This document shows, piece by piece, positions 6,737-13,845 of a DNA stretch of 19,614 nucleotides. A model generated the notes under the pieces. The model saw only the letters and a list, made by a program, of their open reading frames with translations, was not told where the DNA came from and searched no databases. Each line of letters starts with the position of its first letter. Position 1 is the first letter of the stretch. Source of the DNA: Microcoleaceae cyanobacterium (GTDB lineage: Bacteria; Cyanobacteriota; Cyanobacteriia; Cyanobacteriales; Microcoleaceae); contig JBOFUV010000094.1 of NCBI GenBank assembly GCA_051652765.1, positions 1-19,614 of the forward strand. The letters are read 5' to 3'. Made by a program: the position numbers and the translations under genes.

Positions 6737-7648
6737 ATGCTTTTAAGTTATCCCCAGAATTATAAAGAAGTCATTCAATCTACTGGTCTATTAAGTCCAG
6801 TGGATTTAACAAAACCACCTGGAAAAAACATAGAAATAGCCAATTGGAATAGCTTGATAAACGCTCAATTGACTAAATTTACCCCTATTGACGATATCAA
6901 AATCTTGGGGGTAAAGGTGAAGATCGAAACCCTATTAGCTACCTATCGGCTATCAAGCTTGAAGGTATGTCAGCCTAGGGATTGGGACAGCGATTTATTG
7001 TCTCCAGAGCAAAACAGCTTCAAAGAAGCCACGTACAGGGCAAATTATCCCATAGGGGAAGGGTACGCAGTTAGAATGATTGCCTATCAGAGAGTTGCAA
7101 GTGGCGACCTTCAACAGATAGGGTCAATGGATTTGTACAATGAGAAGATGGAAAATCACAGAAACTTGATGATCCTTCTAAGTGATGGACAAGTAGGCTT
7201 ACAAGCGTACGATTCTTCTCTCTGGTTCTCTCTAGGGAATTGGCCGCCAAATTTTCTGGGAGACGAAAATAACTATTTAATTATCAAGGGATCATACTCG
7301 TATACCGCTGAAGTATCTGTCGAAAAAAAATATAAATTCACGTCTGAAGCCAGACAGCATGAAGTAAGCAAGCAGTACCAAACCAACATCATGTATAGGA
7401 GTGACAATAGGGTAGCTTTCCTGATAACAAATAACAGTGACTACCCTGTTTACTTTGGCTACGATCCATTTGTTACCGCCCAGTCAGGCATAGAAATCAA
7501 GCCAAGAGAGCGGTTTCTTAGTTCGCAGAGCTTGGATGACTTTTTGGCAACTGTTCCTTATGCTCTATTCGATTCTATTTATGTAGTTGGATCTAGAGAT
7601 CAAACCCAAAAAATTACTACCCTTGACTGGCGAATCCCTAACCAGTGA
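6737..7648 (+). CDS. Putative structural protein with C-terminal beta-sandwich-like domain
   Basis: 303 aa ORF; the C-terminal RVAFLITNNSDYPVYFGY...GIEIKP resembles the motif in 5777..6730. Confidence 0.65.
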   Translation: MLLSYPQNYKEVIQSTGLLSPVDLTKPPGKNIEIANWNSLINAQLTKFTPIDDIKILGVKVKIETLLATYRLSSLKVCQPRDWDSDLLSPEQNSFKEATYRANYPIGEGYAVRMIAYQRVASGDLQQIGSMDLYNEKMENHRNLMILLSDGQVGLQAYDSSLWFSLGNWPPNFLGDENNYLIIKGSYSYTAEVSVEKKYKFTSEARQHEVSKQYQTNIMYRSDNRVAFLITNNSDYPVYFGYDPFVTAQSGIEIKPRERFLSSQSLDDFLATVPYALFDSIYVVGSRDQTQKITTLDWRIPNQ

Positions 7649-7663
7649 ATTAAAAATTAAATT

Positions 7664-9493
7664 ATGTCGCCCGAACAAGCTGAACTACTGGATGAATTAG
7701 ACTTTTCTGAAAGCGGGATTGCTGAAAGAGAAGGAATTAGCCGTCAGGAAGTAAGGGAATTAAGGGAGGCAGCCAAAGACACAGAAACAGGTGGGATTTC
7801 AGGCAAGATTAAATTTAAACCTTTGAAATTAGGGGTTACTTTAAATCCTAAAGGGGAGATTGGTTTCAGTGTTGGGGCTATGTCTGTTTCCTCTCGTTTA
7901 ATTGGCTGTTTTTGGGTCACATCCTACTCCATAGCTGGAATTGAGGTTTATTCAAACATCGCGCGCTCTGGTCTCCCTGGATGTGAAGAACCTCCACCGC
8001 CGCCAGATCCCAAAAAACCCCCAAGGCCGAAAGAGCCAACCTGGAAAGACGATTATTCTCCAGGTGATCCTAGGGACATGATTCAAGTCTGCTTGGATTA
8101 TCAATACTTCATAAGTATGAATCCCAAGGTCATTCCTTCATACGAATGGACACCTATTATTTTTGAAAAATTTGATTTAGCCACGGCAGCCTTCAGGATG
8201 GAGAGAACAACTAGAGGTAGAGATGTTTTATGTCTGGTTGAACAAACAACTAACAGGACTCGGTATGAATCCTGTTATAACTATCGCGGGGGATTGGGCT
8301 ATTACAATATTGTTTATGACCTAGCACTAGGAGAAAGATTCATTATCAGTCCTAGCAGTTCGGCTCTATATGGATTCAGTCAACCGACAAGACCAGGGCG
8401 ATATACCATTGACTTACTCGGAACTAAGTATCAGTTGATATACGACCCAATCGGGTTAAGAGGTACAAGGGGATGGGTTAATCAAATGATTCCAACTATT
8501 TCACGAACTATCAAAAGAGATATTGCAGCAGAATACTATAACTATAATGTCACCCGATCTGATGTTGCTACGCAGATAGTCGATGAATGGGTATTTGAAA
8601 AATTTCCTTCTACCGGAGTAGCTCCGGCATACACAGCAAAGAGGCCCGAAAAAATGGATTGTTGTGATTTAGTTCGAAAAATGTATAAGAGAATAGGGTG
8701 TGATTTGTATCCTGGCAAAATGCCCATCAGTCTGACTGGTGGAGCAGACGGGAAGTTGAATCCGAATGATCAGATTGAAATCACGAACCTTACAGGTCTA
8801 CTCCTTCACGTCTTTAAGCTAGATGACGAACGTTGGGGACAATTCCCCATAGATATCCAAATTGAAGATTCAGATCAAACCCAGGAAGGCAGCCAAACCT
8901 ATGAAATTAGACTTCCTAATGCCGCTGAAGCCTTAGCTGAAATCTATGGATTGCTCATGAATATGCAATCTGATTCAGATGTTAATCAAAGTTATGCAGC
9001 CCGCACTCTGGCTGAGGTTGGACTAACCCGGATCGCCGCCCGTCAAGCCTACGAGGCCATCCGACAAGTTATAGAATATCTAGGGTTTGACTATCAAAAA
9101 ATTGAATCCAGTATGAAATTTACATTCACACCTGGAGCTGAAGAAGTTGACCAGGTGCTGAAGGAGTCAACCCAGTCTTATCAGTCGATTAAAATTGCAG
9201 ATGAGGAAAAGTCTCTGAAAGAAGTTCTGGCAGATTTACTAAATGCCGCCGCCATTATCAGAGCAACCCAATTCCGCAAAGTTAATCCCAAAGGAGACAT
9301 GAAACAGCAAATCCTTAATAATCTGCGCCGGGGGGTTGACATGTACCAAAAGCTTGAAAACCTCAAGACAGATGGAAAGTTAGGCTGGAAAGAGTTTGTG
9401 GACAAAACTCAGGACAACTGGACGACCGACACTGACAAATCTAACAACCCCATCATTCAAGACTACAAAGCCCCTCCTGCAACCAAAACATGA
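7664..9493 (+). CDS. Large hypothetical, putative virion protein with Pro-rich linker
   Basis: 609 aa ORF with an EEPPPPPDPKKPPRPKEP linker and helical C-terminal half; ATGA overlap with the next gene. Confidence 0.75.
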   Translation: MSPEQAELLDELDFSESGIAEREGISRQEVRELREAAKDTETGGISGKIKFKPLKLGVTLNPKGEIGFSVGAMSVSSRLIGCFWVTSYSIAGIEVYSNIARSGLPGCEEPPPPPDPKKPPRPKEPTWKDDYSPGDPRDMIQVCLDYQYFISMNPKVIPSYEWTPIIFEKFDLATAAFRMERTTRGRDVLCLVEQTTNRTRYESCYNYRGGLGYYNIVYDLALGERFIISPSSSALYGFSQPTRPGRYTIDLLGTKYQLIYDPIGLRGTRGWVNQMIPTISRTIKRDIAAEYYNYNVTRSDVATQIVDEWVFEKFPSTGVAPAYTAKRPEKMDCCDLVRKMYKRIGCDLYPGKMPISLTGGADGKLNPNDQIEITNLTGLLLHVFKLDDERWGQFPIDIQIEDSDQTQEGSQTYEIRLPNAAEALAEIYGLLMNMQSDSDVNQSYAARTLAEVGLTRIAARQAYEAIRQVIEYLGFDYQKIESSMKFTFTPGAEEVDQVLKESTQSYQSIKIADEEKSLKEVLADLLNAAAIIRATQFRKVNPKGDMKQQILNNLRRGVDMYQKLENLKTDGKLGWKEFVDKTQDNWTTDTDKSNNPIIQDYKAPPATKT

Positions 9494-11076
9494 CCTTTGC
9501 AGTAGCCGCAAAACTCCTTAGCTCTCGCGTTGTTCGTGCGACTGTCACGGGCAACGCTCGGGGTGTCAGGCAGTTACAGAGATCAACCGGGGGAAAGCTG
9601 GCTCAGGGGGGCAAAAGCGGGGGAATCTTCAAGGGATTAGGCAACTTCATTTCTAGAGTTCTCAAACAGGTAGCTGGAGGGATAAGCTGGTCATTCACAA
9701 CTCTGTGGAACTGGATCTCTGGAGCAGTCTCTGCACTTTGGAATTTCAATTGGGATATCTCAGACACAACAATTGATACCCAAATCCAAGCCATGTGGAC
9801 TTCAGTCGGAGGAGCATTGGGAGGTCTGGCAGGGCAGCTTGTAGGTTGGACAGTTTGTGGGTTTGTTCCGGCTGCTGCTATCTTCACCTTCAATGAAGCA
9901 ATCGGTATCCACCTCTTGAAAGAACTGGGAGAGGAAGCTGTAGACGAACTTGCTGGAGCTGCTGCCAATGTTATTCAAATCTCAGCCCGAACTCTCATCC
10001 AGGCATCCCTGCTTTGGACTTACAAAAATGTTCGTAGGGCCCTAAAAAATCCCAATAACGTCGTAGGCCGTTCTCTGCGAAAGTTTTTTGGGGATGAAAA
10101 AATGAGCCAATGGGGTGACGAAGACCAACAAGACTGGAGCTTCTCCCGCAAACTCCAAAACCGCATTGAAAGTATTAAATCAGAGTGGTGGCAGGAATTC
10201 TTTGAGGAATTTTTTGATGAAGCCTTTGACGCTTGCAACGAAGCAGGCTACGCCCTGGCGGGAGGAATGGACTCTTGGTACGCCCAACAAGCCGAACTCA
10301 AAGCGTCAGGGCTACTAGGGGCAGAACGAACCATTGAAGTATACCCCAACAGAGGCGACAAGTCCGAGCGCTTGGTCTTGCACGGCCCCGAAAAGCTGCT
10401 ACGGGGGGCAGTCAGCCAAACTTTAGCGAATGCCCAGCTCCTAAATAATCGGGATATTGGGTTGTACTCGTTCCTGACTCCTGAATGGATGGCGGCTCAG
10501 GATGACGATCTAAAGGTCATCATTGAGTTTTATAGCGTTCAAGGAAAAGGGAGTCTGACAGCTCAGGCTAGAAAAACGGCTACTCGTTCCTATATCACTA
10601 TTCCCAATGTCAGCAGGTCTAAGTGTTCTTGGTCTGACATCAAGCTAGCCGCTGGAGGTTCTAACGGATTTCTTTGGGGGCCTTGGAGTTGCACCGCTCA
10701 CCTTAAAGGGGGAAGAAATATTAGAGTTAATGCCGGGACAGAGAAGGAAGGGGAACAACTTCTGACTCAACTATCGCTACTCTCTGAGAATGAAATTGAC
10801 TGGGAAAGAGATCCGCCCATCACCCTTAACAAGAAAGGAGGAACTGAGCGCTCTACCCGATCTAAGCAACAAAAAACAGTCAAGGTTTACCCTTGGGCAT
10901 TCGTTCTGCTCAACACCAAAAAGCTGAGGAAATACCAAGAACGCAAGCTATTGGGAGCATTGCCCCCAAATACTTTAGACCCGGCGCTGGAAAAAGTGAG
11001 AATTCATTTATACGATGATATGGAACCCGCTAAGGCTAAAAATCAGATAGCCCAGGTTCTAAGAAATACACTCTAA
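9490..11076 (+). CDS. Large hypothetical, putative membrane-interacting virion protein
   Basis: 528 aa ORF with Gly/Trp-rich amphipathic and hydrophobic N-terminal third (GGALGGLAGQLVGWTVCGFVPAAAIF) and a basic C-terminus. Confidence 0.75.
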   Translation: MTFAVAAKLLSSRVVRATVTGNARGVRQLQRSTGGKLAQGGKSGGIFKGLGNFISRVLKQVAGGISWSFTTLWNWISGAVSALWNFNWDISDTTIDTQIQAMWTSVGGALGGLAGQLVGWTVCGFVPAAAIFTFNEAIGIHLLKELGEEAVDELAGAAANVIQISARTLIQASLLWTYKNVRRALKNPNNVVGRSLRKFFGDEKMSQWGDEDQQDWSFSRKLQNRIESIKSEWWQEFFEEFFDEAFDACNEAGYALAGGMDSWYAQQAELKASGLLGAERTIEVYPNRGDKSERLVLHGPEKLLRGAVSQTLANAQLLNNRDIGLYSFLTPEWMAAQDDDLKVIIEFYSVQGKGSLTAQARKTATRSYITIPNVSRSKCSWSDIKLAAGGSNGFLWGPWSCTAHLKGGRNIRVNAGTEKEGEQLLTQLSLLSENEIDWERDPPITLNKKGGTERSTRSKQQKTVKVYPWAFVLLNTKKLRKYQERKLLGALPPNTLDPALEKVRIHLYDDMEPAKAKNQIAQVLRNTL

Positions 11077-11090
11077 CGAAAAAGATATTC

Positions 11091-11123
11091 GTTTCATTGT
11101 CATCCTAAGGGTGACAATGAAAC
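11091..11123. other. Strong intergenic inverted repeat (15-bp stem, 3-nt loop)
   Basis: GTTTCATTGTCATCC-TAA-GGGTGACAATGAAAC, with one G-T pair. Confidence 0.8.
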
Positions 11124-11199
11124 ACATCGCCTCAAACCCCTTTACAGTAACAATCTCAGGCGCTATGTTGAATTCATCAACCTTACAGAGGAATTCCTC

Positions 11200-11442
11200 A
11201 TGGCAGCCGTAATTACAACAACCGCCTTGACCCTTGAAGAGCAACTACTAGAAGTCTTATTTAAGCTCTATTACTTGCAATCTGGCAGCAACGCTGCAAC
11301 CACAAACCCTGACAACCGCACACTAATCACAAACATCTCAATCGGCGCTGACGGAACTATTTCGTTTTCCGGCAGTATCCCAACCACAGTTACCGCCCCA
11401 GCCGGAAAGCCAAACTACGACCCCGTAGAAATCTTCCCTTAG
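11200..11442 (+). CDS. 80-aa protein, candidate major virion/coat subunit
   Basis: GAGG Shine-Dalgarno upstream, preceded by the largest intergenic gap in the structural module, and has a tandem-duplicated paralogue at 5245..5766. Function is inferred. Confidence 0.65.
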   Translation: MAAVITTTALTLEEQLLEVLFKLYYLQSGSNAATTNPDNRTLITNISIGADGTISFSGSIPTTVTAPAGKPNYDPVEIFP

Positions 11443-11506
11443 GGCTAGGCAGAGACCTTAAATTTTTCTTTCAGACCTCACTACTCACTTAGGACTATGA
11501 AACCTT

Positions 11507-12055
11507 ATGTCTGGATTAACCAAGGCATCAATCAAAGCGTCGCTTGATGCCTACCGAAAAAAAGTTGCGACTGAATTTGGGGCAACCAAAAACGCCCCTG
11601 GCGGCGTGATGATGACTGCCCTGGTAGACAGTAATACCAAGGTGAACCTGTACGTCCCTGGTAGGATCATCATGCATTTCAATATTGCCGATAGCGCAAT
11701 TGCAGATAACGTCGGTTACTACAAACCAAAAATTTTGGCAGCAAGCACGGTCAAAAACCGAGGGCTACCAGCAGGAGCTGCTAAGGAAGATAAGAGCATG
11801 ATTGGGGAAATAATTAAAATCCCTCTCTCAACTCCCTACACCAAGTCGGTCAAAGGCAAAAACCGCCTGATTTCCAACACCACCATGCGGTTTAATGCGC
11901 TAATGAACCTAAAGTGTATTGCTTGGTGGCTCTACAATCACTGTGGAACCAAACCAGGGCAGGGATGGACGTACCGGGGGTTCTTCTTCCCAGTCTCTAA
12001 TATTCCCACTGCTCAATTGGGTGATATATTCCAAAACAAACCTACTACGCCTTAA
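11507..12055 (+). CDS. Basic hypothetical protein (possible nucleic-acid-binding virion protein)
   Basis: 182 aa, Lys-rich; AGGA upstream; co-oriented in the late operon. Confidence 0.65.
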   Translation: MSGLTKASIKASLDAYRKKVATEFGATKNAPGGVMMTALVDSNTKVNLYVPGRIIMHFNIADSAIADNVGYYKPKILAASTVKNRGLPAGAAKEDKSMIGEIIKIPLSTPYTKSVKGKNRLISNTTMRFNALMNLKCIAWWLYNHCGTKPGQGWTYRGFFFPVSNIPTAQLGDIFQNKPTTP

Positions 12056-12060
12056 TCGTC

Positions 12061-12420
12061 ATGAGCTTGGCTGATGAAACTCGTTGGTCAGTTTTTTACG
12101 AAACCGGGAACATCACTCAACCTCAGGGGAAAATATTGCCAATCCAAGTATTTTCCCCTTTAACATCTAAAGTCATCAGGGTTACCGCTCACTCAGTCAT
12201 AGTCCGCCCGGAATGGTACACAGCAGGCTACCTGTCACACCGACTCACGCCAGCTCCTGTTGAAGCCCCCAATGTTGCCGTTCAGGTTCAGAGTGACAGA
12301 ATCGCTCTGAATGTAAAGCAGATTCTATTTCTCGAAAATGTAGAGGAAAAAGCCTATCTAGTATTCTTCCCTGTTAAGTGGTTAACCAGTCTCAGTTTGG
12401 CGATTGAGCAGTACCAATAA
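12061..12420 (+). CDS. Small beta-rich hypothetical (putative structural) protein
   Basis: 119 aa with alternating hydrophobic strands, e.g. KVIRVTAH, WYTAGYL, AYLVFFPVKWL. Confidence 0.65.
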   Translation: MSLADETRWSVFYETGNITQPQGKILPIQVFSPLTSKVIRVTAHSVIVRPEWYTAGYLSHRLTPAPVEAPNVAVQVQSDRIALNVKQILFLENVEEKAYLVFFPVKWLTSLSLAIEQYQ

Positions 12421-12464
12421 AAATCAATAAATTTCAAGCTGATTGAACTTTAGATCCTTGAATC

Positions 12465-12827
12465 ATGGATGCTTTAGCCCAAGTTGAATTGATGAATAAT
12501 TCTGGCTATTTTAGTCTCGAATTTGGCTTGTTCCTAAGGAAATTGTGCGCGATCCTCTATGCGATTCAAATCGTTGAGGCAATTCTTTTGGCTTACTTCC
12601 TTTGGGCGAACAAGCGACGATCTGCCTATCGCTCTATCGCTTTATTTATGTTGTTGCAGGCAATCGGAAATCTTTACCTCGTCTATTTGCTTGTTGACTA
12701 TTCCCCAGTGAGACTTGTGAAATTTGCGTTCCTGCCCTTGGCGATCGCCGTCCTATTGGCGGATATCACCGGGGGCTTTGTTATTTTGATGATTCGAAGA
12801 GAGTCCCGTTTAGCGAGGAAAGCATGA
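12465..12827 (+). CDS. Holin-like membrane protein (three hydrophobic segments)
   Basis: Three hydrophobic stretches and a basic C-tail (RRESRLARKA); lies upstream of the peptidase. Confidence 0.55.
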   Translation: MDALAQVELMNNSGYFSLEFGLFLRKLCAILYAIQIVEAILLAYFLWANKRRSAYRSIALFMLLQAIGNLYLVYLLVDYSPVRLVKFAFLPLAIAVLLADITGGFVILMIRRESRLARKA

Positions 12828-13183
12828 TCCTGCTAGATGTTCAACCAGTGCCCCAGCAGCAATTTGATTCAGACTACTTTCAGTTTCTGGCACTGCTAGC
12901 AACTTCAATCACGACACTGGTTGGGACAGGGCTAACGATTTGGGCTGGAATCATTAACAGAAAACAAGAGAAGGCGGTTCAGAATGTTGAATCCATTGCC
13001 CAGGAGCGTGAGCGACTAGAGAAAGCTGCTCATATCTATCGCAATGCTCTAACCCTCATTAGAGGAAATCTCAGCACTATTTCCTACTACCAAGGGGATG
13101 ACAGCAAGGAGATCAAGATTCTAAGAACTATAGACGAGACCATTCATCAAGCTCTACTCAAGGGCGATCAATTTATTGATTAG
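12824..13183 (+). CDS. Single-TM plus coiled-coil protein (lysis-cassette accessory)
   Basis: FLALLATSITTLVGTGLTIWAGII followed by a charged helical region; ATGA-coupled to the previous gene. Confidence 0.55.
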   Translation: MILLDVQPVPQQQFDSDYFQFLALLATSITTLVGTGLTIWAGIINRKQEKAVQNVESIAQERERLEKAAHIYRNALTLIRGNLSTISYYQGDDSKEIKILRTIDETIHQALLKGDQFID

Positions 13184-13196
13184 TTTATGAAAAAAT

Positions 13197-13766
13197 ATGA
13201 AAAAAATTGACTTACAGGGTAAAGAAGTTGGCTTTTACCTATCCGTTCCTTTCTATAGTCAGCGAGATAATGCGATTCAGTGGTGGCGAACCTGCAATAC
13301 GTCGAGCTGCGCCATGGTTGCCGAATACCTAAAGCCGGGATGCATCGACAATTCAGATGATGAATATTTCAGACTAGTGAAACAGTACGGTGATACCACA
13401 GATCACCAAGCTCACACAGCCGCATTGAACGAAATAGGCATCAAATCAAGCTTCTGGACAAACCTAGATTATCAAGACTTGGACAAGCAACTGGAAAAGG
13501 GTCATCCAGTTGTAATTGGAGTGGCGCATCGAGGAGCCGTTGAAGCCCCTCAGGGAGGGCACATGATTGTGGTTATAGGGAAATATAAGAAGTTGGGGAC
13601 AGAGAAAATAGGATACATCTGCCATGACCCTTGGGGGGAAGGTTTTGGCGCTCATTACAACCTAGGACTTTCAGGAGAACGGGTGACCTATCCCAAATCA
13701 AGCCTTGACAACCGATGGCTTTGTGAAGGGAACGGATCTGGATGGGGAAGAATTTTCGAGGCATAA
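13197..13766 (+). CDS. Peptidase C39-like (papain-fold) protein, putative endolysin
   Basis: VPFYSQRDN...RTCNTSSCAM (Cys), GGHMIVVIG (His), HDPWG (Asp). Confidence 0.8.
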   Translation: MKKIDLQGKEVGFYLSVPFYSQRDNAIQWWRTCNTSSCAMVAEYLKPGCIDNSDDEYFRLVKQYGDTTDHQAHTAALNEIGIKSSFWTNLDYQDLDKQLEKGHPVVIGVAHRGAVEAPQGGHMIVVIGKYKKLGTEKIGYICHDPWGEGFGAHYNLGLSGERVTYPKSSLDNRWLCEGNGSGWGRIFEA

Positions 13767-13845
13767 TGCTTTTTTGCCTACAAGAAAAACTGTGGGGATT
13801 CTGCTAATGTAACTTACACAGAGTGATGTCTGCCGAAGGACTCTT

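Larger units (their letters stand above)
1..13766. mobile_element. Integrated prophage-like / virus-like element (left end outside window; right end probably within 13767-13845)
   Basis: Dense small ORFans, operator array with a repressor-like gene, tyrosine recombinase, phage-fibre repeat protein, holin-like genes and a C39-like peptidase, then an abrupt switch to housekeeping genes at 13846. HIP1 is depleted in the structural part. No att repeat can be identified within the window. Confidence 0.8.

Noticed and set aside
4171..6750. Shufflon / invertible fibre cassettes driven by the adjacent FimB-like recombinase
   Set aside because: The alternating orientation is suggestive, but I found no shared inverted recombination site at the junctions (4171-4217, ~5245, 5767-5776, 6731-6736), and the genes are complete rather than promoterless 3' cassettes. 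AAAATGCTTTTAAG at 6734 only loosely resembles the 3222/3265 motifs and is in direct orientation.
8542..11244. Short ORFs inside the two large genes and 11059..11244 (-)
   Set aside because: Nested shadows without motifs; 11059..11244 runs across an intergenic hairpin region.
11200..13766. Classification as an inovirus
   Set aside because: The 80-aa protein has no transmembrane helix, no Zot-like ATPase is visible in the window, and a lysis-like cassette is present.
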